Shown here piece by piece: positions 54,501 through 64,000 of a stretch of DNA of 64,000 nt. Under the pieces are notes generated by a model that saw only the letters and a list, made by a program, of their open reading frames with translations, searched no databases and was not told where the DNA came from. A program made the position numbers and the translations under genes. Origin of the DNA: an uncultured delta proteobacterium (GTDB taxonomy: Bacteria > Myxococcota_A > Polyangia > Polyangiales > Polyangiaceae); NCBI GenBank assembly GCA_963782055.1, contig CAWAIF010000003.1:960001-1024000 (forward strand). Reading direction: 5' to 3'. Numbering within the stretch: position 1 is the first letter of the stretch; each line of letters opens with the position of its first letter.

Positions 54501-55858
54501 ACGCGAAGTTCCCCAAGTCGGTGCGCATCGCCAACGTCCTGTCCAAGGTGGACACCGCCCTCGGCGACAAGAAGGCCGCCGAGAAGCTGCTGCAGGAGGC
54601 GACGGAGCTCGCCACCGCCAAGGACGGCGACGACGCCATCGACGTCTACATCGCGTACGTCGGCTTCCTCGCGAGCGACGGCCGCACCAAGGACGCCGAC
54701 GCCAAGCTGGAGGAGATGAAGGGCAAGCTGCCCGACTCGCCGAAGATGCAGCGCGCCCTGGGCGACTACCTCGCCTCTCGCGGCAAGTACGACGAGGCGG
54801 TGGGTCACCTGCGCGACGCGCTCGCCAAGGACCCGGAGGACGTCTCCACCCGCTTCGACCTGGGCGTGACCCTCCGCCACATGGGCAAGATGGACGAGGC
54901 GTCGGCCGAGCTGGACCGCGTGCTCGCCGCCGACAAGGACTACCCCGGGCTGGCGCTGGAGCGCGGCCTGCTCTTCGAGGAGTCCGGGCAGGTGGACAAG
55001 GCCCTCGAGCAGTTCAAGAACGCGCTCGCCAAGGCGCCCGACGACCCTGACCTCATGCTTCGCGTGGGCGCGGCGTACGTCGCCATCGGCCGCCCGGACG
55101 ACGCGCTGCCCATGCTGCGCAAGGTCCTCGACAAGCGCAGCTCCAGCGCCGAGGCCAACCACTACCTGGGGCGCGCGCTCTTCGCGAAGGACCACCAGAG
55201 CGCCGACGCGATGCGCTACCTGAAGCACGCCGTCGAGCTGGACCCCAACCGCCCGGAGTACCACCTGTACGTCGCCTGGGCGGCGAACGAGGCGAGCCCC
55301 GCCGAGCTCGGCCTCGCCAAGGACGAGGTCGACAAGGCGCTGAAGCTCGACCAGCTCCTGCCCGAGGCGTACTGGCAGCGCGGCGAGGTGGAGCGCAAGG
55401 AGGGCGCCGTCGACGACGCTCTCAAGGACCTGCGCCACGCCCTGGAGCTCCGCCCAGGCCGCTTCGAGGCGCACGCCACGATGGCCGAGTGTTACGAGGA
55501 CAAGAACCAGACGGAGACGGCCATCGCCGAGTGGCGCAAGGCGCTGGCAGGCGACGCGAACAACGCCTTCTGGCACTACCGCTTCGGCAAGCTGCTGCTC
55601 GACCGCAACGCCGCGGCGGAGGCCGCCCAGAACCTGACGTTCGCGGTGGACGCCGGGCTGAAGGCGGACAACCGGCCGCCGTGGCTCACCGACGCCGAGT
55701 TCAACGCCGCCGAGGCGCTCCGCAGGAGCGGGCACCGCAAGGAGGCCATCGACCTGTACCGGAAGTTCCTGCAGGTCGCGCCCACCAACTCCCCCGACCG
55801 CCGCGACGCCTTCAACGCGCTCAACGCGCTGGGGGCATCCGCCAACCCGGACAACTGA
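51595..55858 (+). CDS. Zinc-ribbon (MJ0042-type) + Pro-rich linker + TM + TPR protein; frameshifted at ~52368
   Basis: MLRIECESCKAPY...MRCPKCGHTF in one frame; TM and TPR repeats in another; removing one T at 52368-52369 gives ...TIDDLDLPARP... Confidence 0.8.
52847..52951 (+). repeat. Intragenic 21-bp tandem repeat, 5 perfect copies (PQVAGTL)
   Basis: CCCCAGGTCGCGGGGACACTG x5 with degenerate flanking heptads. Confidence 0.95.
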
Positions 55859-55866
55859 GGCGTCGC

Positions 55867-56715
55867 TCAGCCTGGCAGGCTCGCGGCGACCCGGGCGAAG
55901 TCCTCCGGGAGCAGGGTCTCGCCGCGCGCGCCCAGCGACACCCCCGCGGCCTCTGCCGCGCGCTCCAGGACCTCGCGCGGGGCGACGCCCTTCCACGCGT
56001 TGCGCAGCGTCTTGCGGCGCGCGCCGAAGGCTGCCCGCACCAGCGCGCGGAACGTGCCCGTCTCCTCGATCCGCGCCGCCCGCGGCACCAGCGCCACCAC
56101 CGCGCTGTCCACCTCGGGCGCGGGGTAGAAGCTCCCCCGGGAGACGGCGAGCACCCGGGTCACGTCGAAGGCGGCCCGCACGAAGACGGTGAGCGCGCCG
56201 TACTCCTTGCCGCCGGGCGCCGCCAGCAGGCGCGCGGCGACCTCCGCCTGGACCATCACCACCGCCCGCTCCATGACACGTGCATTCTGCACGCATCGCT
56301 CCAGCAGCGGGCCGGTGAGCTGGTAGGGCAGGTTGCCGGCGAGGACGCGCGGCGCCTCGGCGCCCAGCAGCGCGCCGAGGTCCACCCGCTTCGCGTCCGC
56401 CTCCTGGACGTCCAGCGCGCCGCGGGCGATCGCGCCGGCGAAGGTCGCGCGCAGCAGCGGCACCAGGTCGCGGTCGCGCTCCACCCCCACCACCCGCCGC
56501 GCCCGCTCGAGCAGCGCCGCGGTGAGCACCCCGGTGCCCGCGCCGATCTCCACCACCACCGCGCGGCCCACCTCGGCCTCGGGCACGCAGGCGCGCGCGA
56601 TGGCGTCGACGGCGTGGGGGGAGACCAGGAAGTTCTGCCCGAAGCTCTTCTTGGGCGCGAGCCCCGCCTCGCGCAGGACGCGTCGCGGGTCCGCGCGCTC
56701 GCCGCCCGACGTCAC
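55867..56715 (-). CDS. rsmA: 16S rRNA m6,2A dimethyltransferase
   Basis: PKKSFGQNFL, VEIGAGTG, GNLPY, MVQAEVA, YGALTV, FYPAPEVDS, RRKTLRN. Confidence 0.95.
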   Translation of the reverse strand: MTSGGERADPRRVLREAGLAPKKSFGQNFLVSPHAVDAIARACVPEAEVGRAVVVEIGAGTGVLTAALLERARRVVGVERDRDLVPLLRATFAGAIARGALDVQEADAKRVDLGALLGAEAPRVLAGNLPYQLTGPLLERCVQNARVMERAVVMVQAEVAARLLAAPGGKEYGALTVFVRAAFDVTRVLAVSRGSFYPAPEVDSAVVALVPRAARIEETGTFRALVRAAFGARRKTLRNAWKGVAPREVLERAAEAAGVSLGARGETLLPEDFARVAASLPG

Positions 56716-58340
56716 GACTCCTCGCCCGTGGGCTTCGCCGCGGCGGGCTCCGCCTCGACCGGAGCCTCCGTCGCCGGCCGCGGGCGCGTCTCCAGGCGTC
56801 GCAAGGGCCGAGCGCCCAGTCGCCGGAGCACGTGCTCCTCCTTGTTGCGCAGCACCGCCGCGCGGACGCGCACCGCCTCGAAGACGGCGTGGCGTACCCG
56901 CGACGCGCTCTCGTCGTCGGCGTCCTCGGGCAGGTCCACGGCCGGCAGCACCCACCGCACCTCGACGTGCCGGTTGCGCAGCCGCCGCACCGCCTGGGCG
57001 AGCGCCGAGGCGCCCGGCGGCGCGGGCGCCCACACCTGCACGATGCTCGGCCGCAGCTTCTCCTTGAGCAGCTTGTCGAAGGCCGCCGCCAGCATGGTGG
57101 CCGTCTTCTCCCGCTCACCCTCGGTGCGGGGCGGGACCTCGATGCCGAAGCTCGCCAGGTAGTGACGCAGCGTGCGGTCCCGCGCGCTCGCCGCCTGCGG
57201 CAGGCGCGGCGCGAACGGCGCGCGCGAGCGCAGCGACTCGGCGCGGGAGGCCAGGCGCGCCAGGTCGCCGCGGCCCACGTCGGCCAGGCCGCGCGGGTCG
57301 AGCGGCCGCGCGTGCTCGGCGACGCGCTGCGCGACCTCGGTCTCGTCCAGGTCGCAGCGGTCGGCGTCCACCATGCTCGCGGCGCTCGCCAGCGCCGCGG
57401 CGATCTTCATGGCGTGCGCCGGGCCGGAGCGCGGCGGCAACCAGGTGCGCAGCCGCGACGCCGAGACCACCAGGCCGACCCTGTCGCCCTTGGCGAGGTG
57501 GCGAGCCGTCATCGCCGCCACCTCCTCCACGGCGTGGTCCAGCGGCGCGTGACCCGGCTCCCCCGCCCAGAGCTCCACCGAGGCGTCCAGCACCAGCCAC
57601 ACGACGTCGCGCTGATCGCGCTCCATCTCGCGCACCATCAGCTTGCCGCGGCGCGCGCTCGCCTTCCACGCGATGCGCTTGAACGGGTCGCCTGGAACGT
57701 GGTCGCGCAGCTCCTTCAGGGTCTCTCCCTCGCCGGCGAGGTTGGTCGGCCGCCCGGCCTCGACCCCGCGGCGCGCGCGCCCGCCGCGCGGGGAGTCCAC
57801 CAGCAGCTTGAGCGGCACCGGCAGCACCTCCACGCCGAAGGGGTTGGCGAACATGAGCGGCACCTCGTACAGGCTCTCGCTCGCCGCCTCGGTGCCACGC
57901 ACCTCCAGCGCCATGCCGTGCACGCCCCAGCGGCCCACGCGCTTCGCCTTCACGCTCACCTTCACGAAGACGCGGCTCTCCGGCGGCAGGTCGACGACCG
58001 CAGGCTCAATCGTCGCCTCCAGCATGCTGGAGGTGATGACGCGCAGCGCGACGCCGCGCATGTCGTCCACGCCGCGGTTGCGCAGCTCGGCCTCCATCTC
58101 CACCACGCCGCCCTTGCTCGTCCGCGCGACGCGCTTGGGGGTGTTCCACACCATCTCGAAGCCCGCGGCGCGCAGGCGCGTCACGGCGGTGAGGGCCATC
58201 GAGCGGCCGACGGCGACGGCGAGCACCATCGCCGCGCCGAAGGCGACGACGGCAGGCGTCTTGATCGCCATGCCCGCCGCGAGCACCGCCGCCCCGGCGA
58301 AGGCGACGTGGAAGGTGGGGCGTGTGGGGTGGAGCCGCAC
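56712..58340 (-). CDS. DUF58 domain protein
   Basis: LKELRDHVPGDPFKRIAWKASARRGKLMVRE; VLDAS; GDRVGL. Confidence 0.88.
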   Translation of the reverse strand: MRLHPTRPTFHVAFAGAAVLAAGMAIKTPAVVAFGAAMVLAVAVGRSMALTAVTRLRAAGFEMVWNTPKRVARTSKGGVVEMEAELRNRGVDDMRGVALRVITSSMLEATIEPAVVDLPPESRVFVKVSVKAKRVGRWGVHGMALEVRGTEAASESLYEVPLMFANPFGVEVLPVPLKLLVDSPRGGRARRGVEAGRPTNLAGEGETLKELRDHVPGDPFKRIAWKASARRGKLMVREMERDQRDVVWLVLDASVELWAGEPGHAPLDHAVEEVAAMTARHLAKGDRVGLVVSASRLRTWLPPRSGPAHAMKIAAALASAASMVDADRCDLDETEVAQRVAEHARPLDPRGLADVGRGDLARLASRAESLRSRAPFAPRLPQAASARDRTLRHYLASFGIEVPPRTEGEREKTATMLAAAFDKLLKEKLRPSIVQVWAPAPPGASALAQAVRRLRNRHVEVRWVLPAVDLPEDADDESASRVRHAVFEAVRVRAAVLRNKEEHVLRRLGARPLRRLETRPRPATEAPVEAEPAAAKPTGEES

Positions 58341-58349
58341 GTCACCGCT

Positions 58350-59318
<969 letters not shown>

Positions 59319-59330
59319 TGGGCGTGGATC

Positions 59331-60707
59331 CTAGCTCAGCGCGGGGCCGTCGGCATAGTGGGCCGCGTTCTCCCTGGCCTCGGCGAGGATGCGCGTGGCC
59401 TCGTTGGAGCAGAGGACCACCTCGGCGTCGTGGACGCGCCGCATGGCCTCCGCCCGGCGCGACAGTACGAGCGTCTCCACCTCGCCCATGCGCTTGAGCA
59501 GCACCCGCAGCGCGCTCGCCGCCCGCGCCGACAGCAGGCCGCGGTCCTGGGCGCTCTGAGCGAGCGCGTCCGGCGCCGGCGCGCGGTCCATGCCCAGCAG
59601 GCTGGCCATCTCTTCCTCCACCGCCGACTTGATCTCCAGCACGGCCAGCGCGCGCGTGGTCCCGGGCGCGGCGACCACCGCCGCGTGTCCGGCGACGCCG
59701 CCCTGCGCGGCGAGCGGCACCGCGCGGGTGTAGCGCGGGACGATGGCCCGGTGGACCCGGCCCGCGCGCGATCCCACCCAGAGCACCAGCCCCAGGCCCA
59801 CCGCGATGGCGAGGAGGTAGGCGACGAGGGGCGGCGCGCCCTCGTCGCGGAGCTGGGTCCACATCTCCGCGATGGCGTGCAGGTGTCCCTTGAGCCTCCC
59901 GGAGAGGGACGCGTCTCCGAAGCTCCCCGTCTGCGCGAAGTCGCCCGAGACGACGTACAGCTTGCCGTGACGCGACCACGCGGCGTCGTCCTCCACGGCG
60001 TACTCGATGACGTTGCGCGCGAAGGTCCGGTTGCCCGGGTAGCGGAGCATGCCGTTGATGACGATGGACGAGTCGCCCACCGCGAGCAGCCGGCCCGCCC
60101 CCACCGCGCCGGCCATGGCGACCAGCACGCCCCGACCACTGCCGGCGCCGCGCACCTGCAGCAGCGGGGAGAGGTCGGGGTGCTTCAGGCCGGTGGCGTG
60201 GTTGAGCACCACCCGCCGCACGCCGCGCACCGCCGGGTGGGCGCCGTCCTCGTCCGCCGGCTCGGCGATCGCGAAGGCGGGCTTGCCGCGCAGCATCAGG
60301 GCCGGGTGCGCAGGGAGCGCCGTGCGCTCGATGCCGAAGTGCCGCAGCAGCTCGTCGCTGGTGCCGAAGTCGTCCAGGACGATGACCCTGCCGCCGTCGT
60401 GCATGAAGCGCGACAGGCTGTCGATGTCCAGCGCGTGCTGGGGGTGAACCAGCACCACCCCGTCCTCGCGGCGCAGGGTGTCGTAGCTCAGGGTGCTGGT
60501 CGCCACGACGCGCGCGGGGGTCAGATCCTCGCGCGCCAGGTCCATGAAGTCGGACAGCCCCTGCCAGTCTCGACCGGACGTGTCGAAGGGGGCAGCCACA
60601 GCCGTGCCACGAAGGGTGCAGAGTGCAACGATGCCCAGGAGCACCAAAAAAACCGCGGGTCCCCGCGGCCTTGCGCGTGGCGGTGAGCGACGCGACATCT
60701 CAGCCAT
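59331..60707 (-). CDS. DUF4350-like membrane protein
   Basis: Signal-like N-terminus, GGRVIVLDD, GRLLAVGDSSIVINGML..PGN, TM; upstream of MoxR; start uncertain. Confidence 0.72.
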   Translation of the reverse strand: MAEMSRRSPPRARPRGPAVFLVLLGIVALCTLRGTAVAAPFDTSGRDWQGLSDFMDLAREDLTPARVVATSTLSYDTLRREDGVVLVHPQHALDIDSLSRFMHDGGRVIVLDDFGTSDELLRHFGIERTALPAHPALMLRGKPAFAIAEPADEDGAHPAVRGVRRVVLNHATGLKHPDLSPLLQVRGAGSGRGVLVAMAGAVGAGRLLAVGDSSIVINGMLRYPGNRTFARNVIEYAVEDDAAWSRHGKLYVVSGDFAQTGSFGDASLSGRLKGHLHAIAEMWTQLRDEGAPPLVAYLLAIAVGLGLVLWVGSRAGRVHRAIVPRYTRAVPLAAQGGVAGHAAVVAAPGTTRALAVLEIKSAVEEEMASLLGMDRAPAPDALAQSAQDRGLLSARAASALRVLLKRMGEVETLVLSRRAEAMRRVHDAEVVLCSNEATRILAEARENAAHYADGPALS

Positions 60708-60774
60708 GGCCGGCCATCGACCTGGAAGCATAGCGTCAAGCGGCGCCCTCCGCCGCGCCGGAGCAGCCGTTCTC

Positions 60775-60802
60775 TTGACCGCTCGGGTGGCGTTGCTACG
60801 TT
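60775..60802 (+). promoter_or_regulatory. sigma70-type promoter
   Basis: TTGACC-16 bp-TACGTT with extended -10 TG. Confidence 0.6.
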
Positions 60803-60845
60803 AGCTGCAGGTAGGCGGCCGTATTCCCGAGGAGGCTCCTCGCAC

Positions 60846-61007
60846 ATGCTCCCTCCCTTCATCATCGAGCAAATCCGCAAGCGCGAGAGCGAAGAGCACG
60901 TGCGCAGGGAGCAGCCCCAGCTCGAGTTGCCGCTGGAGCCTGCCCGGCGTCCCTCCGTGGACCCGCAGGAAGAAGAGCGCCGCGGCGTCATCATCGTGGA
61001 GCTCTGA
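60846..61007 (+). CDS. Small hypothetical protein (53 aa, absent from the ORF track)
   Basis: MLPPFIIEQIRKRESEEHVRREQPQLELPLEPARRPSVDPQEEERRGVIIVEL; GAGGAGG RBS; GC-rich third positions. Confidence 0.8.
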   Translation: MLPPFIIEQIRKRESEEHVRREQPQLELPLEPARRPSVDPQEEERRGVIIVEL

Positions 61008-61128
61008 AGGCGCGTCCGGCCTCGCCCACGCACCTTCGGCGCCCGACGCGTAGCGGAGGGTCTGTGGAAGTGGGGCAAAACCTCTCCCTTGGCGTTGCGC
61101 GTCTGGCCGACTAGGCTCCGCCCCGTCC

Positions 61129-62961
61129 ATGGGCGCGGCACCGGGAAAATCGACGCACACCCCGCGAGCCTTCGGCCCTCGCTCGCGCGGGCTGCAGGCG
61201 CTGGGCCTCGTCGCCGGCCTCTGCGTCGGGGCGGGGCTCGTGCCCGGCTGCTACACCGACGCGGGTGGTGGCCAGCCCCCGCCGACAGCCCAGTTCTACT
61301 TCCCGGTGGCGCTCGCCGTGTCCCGCGGCGGCAACGTGCTCTACGCCGTGAACTCCGATTTCGACCTGCAGTGGAACGGCGGCACCCTCCAGGCTTACGA
61401 CCTGCACCTGATCCGCAAGCACGCGGTCGCGGCCATCGCCGACCCGCGCGATCCCATGCTCCCGGTGCCGAAGGAGTTCCTCCCGCCGCCCAACGCGTGC
61501 CCGGGCAACCCCCCCGCCGCCCGCCCCGACGGGTCCGGCCGCGCGCAGCCCTCCGGCTGGACCTGCGTCCCGCCGACGGACGCCGCCTTCTACGAGCGCG
61601 ACTCGGTCATCGTGGGCGCGTTCGCCACCGATCTGCGCCTCGCCCTGGGCGGCTCGCGCCTCTTCGCGCCCATACGCGGGGACGCGTCGCTGACCTGGGC
61701 CAACGTGGCGCCGGACGATCCGGGCGTGGCCCCGACCCAGGACGCCACCGCCGAGACCTACGCCCCCTTCCGCATCGACTGCGGCACCCGCACCAGCGAC
61801 GGCCGCTGCGATCAGGCCCACCACGCCGGCGACGACCCCAACGAGCCTGGTAACACGCGCAACATCACCATGCCCGGCGAGCCCTTCGGCATCGCCCTCA
61901 CGGAGGATGGCACCGGGCTCATCGTCACCCACCAGACGGACACCAAGACCAGCCTCTTCTCCACCGGCAACGGCGGGCCCGCGGGAGACACGCCCGCGCT
62001 GCAGTACGTCCTCGACGGCCTGCCCACCGGGGGGATCGCGGCCGCCGCCATCCCGCACGACCCGCTCGCCTACCCGGAGTGCATCGCCTCCGTGGACTCG
62101 CCCGCGTGCGCCGCCGCCATGCCGCGAGAGGCCTTCCTGCAGACGAGCCGTGCGGTCGCGGCGGTGAGCCTCATCCGCTACTACAGCGACGACGGCACGT
62201 TCTCCGCCGGCAGCACGGGCACCACGTCGGCGCCCTATCGTCCGTACCTCATCAACGAGGCGAACGCCGCCATCACCGCCCAGGCAGGCGGGACCGACTC
62301 CCGCGGGATCGTCATCGACCCCACGCCCCGCATCCGGTGCGAGGCGGCCGTCCCCGCGGCCGACCCCTTCGCGACCCCGCCGCGCACGCAGGCGGACGTC
62401 GACGCCGACATCCTCGCGTGCGCCCGGCGCCCCGCCCGCGTCTTCATCGCCAGCCGCTCGCCCGCGGCGCTCCTCTACGGAGAGGTGGGCGACCGCAGCA
62501 GCACCGACGGCACCTACGACGCCGACTCCTTCCGCATCTCCGGCAACGTGCCGCTGCCCGCGGGGCCGTCGCAGGTCTACCTGGCCCCCATCGTGGACGC
62601 GACCGGCCACTATGCGCTGCGCATCTTCGCCGTCTGCTACGACGCCAGCCAGATCATCGTGCTGGACCCCGACGGCGGCCCAGACGGTCCGTCGCTCGAG
62701 TCGGTCATCGACGTCGGCCCTGGCCCCTTCGGCATGGCCTTCGACCCGTTCGACATGCACGACGTCGCGCTCCACGCCGAGGTGCCGATCGACACGCGCG
62801 ACCCCTCGCTCCTGCTGCGCCGCTACCGCTTCGCCTACGTGGCCAGCTTCACCCAGTCCTACGTGCAGGTCGTCGATCTCGACGGGGCGCGCCCGGACAA
62901 GAGCACCTACGCGACCGTCGTCTACAAGGTGGGCGTGCCGACCGCGCCGAAGGGATCGTGA
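61129..62961 (+). CDS. Lipoprotein, putative YncE-like beta-propeller
   Basis: VPGC lipobox-like; FYFPVALAVS, LYAVNSDFDL, EPFGIA, DVGPGPFGMA, AYVASF. Confidence 0.75.
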   Translation: MGAAPGKSTHTPRAFGPRSRGLQALGLVAGLCVGAGLVPGCYTDAGGGQPPPTAQFYFPVALAVSRGGNVLYAVNSDFDLQWNGGTLQAYDLHLIRKHAVAAIADPRDPMLPVPKEFLPPPNACPGNPPAARPDGSGRAQPSGWTCVPPTDAAFYERDSVIVGAFATDLRLALGGSRLFAPIRGDASLTWANVAPDDPGVAPTQDATAETYAPFRIDCGTRTSDGRCDQAHHAGDDPNEPGNTRNITMPGEPFGIALTEDGTGLIVTHQTDTKTSLFSTGNGGPAGDTPALQYVLDGLPTGGIAAAAIPHDPLAYPECIASVDSPACAAAMPREAFLQTSRAVAAVSLIRYYSDDGTFSAGSTGTTSAPYRPYLINEANAAITAQAGGTDSRGIVIDPTPRIRCEAAVPAADPFATPPRTQADVDADILACARRPARVFIASRSPAALLYGEVGDRSSTDGTYDADSFRISGNVPLPAGPSQVYLAPIVDATGHYALRIFAVCYDASQIIVLDPDGGPDGPSLESVIDVGPGPFGMAFDPFDMHDVALHAEVPIDTRDPSLLLRRYRFAYVASFTQSYVQVVDLDGARPDKSTYATVVYKVGVPTAPKGS

Positions 62962-64000
62962 TGCCGCCCGTGCGCCGCCGCCGTCTTCTGCTCGCCGGGC
63001 TCGGGGGGACCCTCGTCGTCGGCCTCCTGGGCGTCCTCGCCGCGCTGCTGGCGAGCTGCTCCAGCTCGCCCGCGCCGGTGGCCGTGCACACCTTCGAGCG
63101 CGCCCAGCGCGTCGACATCGTCTGCCTGCAGGTGCTGGACACGACCACCTTCGCGCCCATCACGCCGACGCCGGTCACCCCGTCGCACTGCGGCCCCACG
63201 CCGACGGACATCGACCCCGCGACGGAGCCCTACCACCTGTACGCCCTGGTCACCCAGACACTCCGCGGCGAGCTCGCGGTGGTGGATCTCACGGCCGGCC
63301 AGGAGGTGGACGTCAACGCCGCGCTGCCGGGCACCAGCTTCCTGCCCGTCGGCGCCAACCCGACCGACGTGGCCGCCACGCCGGACGGCGCCATGGTCTT
63401 CGTGGCCTCCGCGGAGGCTAACAAGCCGGCGATCTACGGCATCCCGGGCGCCAGCATTCTGGGCGACGCGACGGCGGTGAATGGCGGCGTCGTCACCGGG
63501 GCGCCCCCGGTGCTCGCCTCGTGGCCCGCCTGCGCGCTGCCGCAGGCACCCGGGCGCATCGCCATCGTGCCGACGACCGCCGCCCCGGGCGATGCCGGCG
63601 CCGACGCGGGCGCGTCGGCCGCCGGGTACGAGGTGGTCGTCGTGCTCCCCGGCAGCGCCACCCAGTCGGCGAAGGTGGTCACGCTGGACACCGCGCGCTT
63701 CATCGACCAGAGCCGCCCGGACCACATCGCCCCCGGGTCCCTCGCGCCGTGCCCCATCTCCGGCGCGGTCGCGCTGAGCGACAAGGTGCCTGGTTCGTGG
63801 CAGCCCGGCCCTGCCTGGCCGGACGGCGTGCCCTACGCCGACGGCGGTGTGGACCTCTTCCAGCCGCTGGACTCAGGCCTGCCTCAGCTCCCCACCTGGG
63901 CGTGCACGTCCACCGCCGACGCCGGCGCCGCCTCCGACGCCGGCATCGCCCTGCGGCCGCTCCCGGGCTCCACGCCGCGGGGCGCGGGCATCGTGACCGA
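62961..64000 (+). CDS. Lipoprotein, hypothetical; runs off the right edge
   Basis: MPPVRRRRLLLAGLGG...LLASCSS; LYALVTQTLRGELAVVDL, FLPVGANPTDVA; overlaps the upstream stop. Confidence 0.8.
   Translation, partial: MPPVRRRRLLLAGLGGTLVVGLLGVLAALLASCSSSPAPVAVHTFERAQRVDIVCLQVLDTTTFAPITPTPVTPSHCGPTPTDIDPATEPYHLYALVTQTLRGELAVVDLTAGQEVDVNAALPGTSFLPVGANPTDVAATPDGAMVFVASAEANKPAIYGIPGASILGDATAVNGGVVTGAPPVLASWPACALPQAPGRIAIVPTTAAPGDAGADAGASAAGYEVVVVLPGSATQSAKVVTLDTARFIDQSRPDHIAPGSLAPCPISGAVALSDKVPGSWQPGPAWPDGVPYADGGVDLFQPLDSGLPQLPTWACTSTADAGAASDAGIALRPLPGSTPRGAGIVT

Overview
Very GC-rich, gene-dense chromosomal window, most likely from a myxobacterium (Myxococcota, Polyangia/Sorangium-like). This is inferred from the Hanks-type kinases, many Cys-rich or DAG-linker lipoproteins, a zinc-ribbon/TPR protein and a divergent recA. 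It holds housekeeping genes (glmU, murA, short hisG, hemL, recA, uvrA, dksA, rsmA), DNA-uptake/recombination genes (comEA-like, comM/YifB), a type IV minor pilin-pilY1 cluster, a MoxR-DUF58-DUF4350 operon, ion-transport genes and about 15 hypothetical lipoproteins. No rRNA, CRISPR array, transposase or integrase was seen. Main observations: (1) a shared promoter architecture, two TGTCCCCGGACA palindromes 21-22 bp apart lying about 44 bp upstream of a sigma54 -24/-12 box, precedes both the [small unknown gene + comEA] operon and the comM-recA operon 18 kb away, suggesting an undescribed sigma54/enhancer-controlled competence regulon with a new component; (2) an atypical tRNA-like RNA with T-arm and encoded CCA at 21398/21474-21551; (3) pervasive TAnnnT boxes 6-8 nt before start codons (likely leaderless mRNAs); (4) two single-base frameshifts in large genes. 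All functional calls come from motif recognition by eye; no searches were run.
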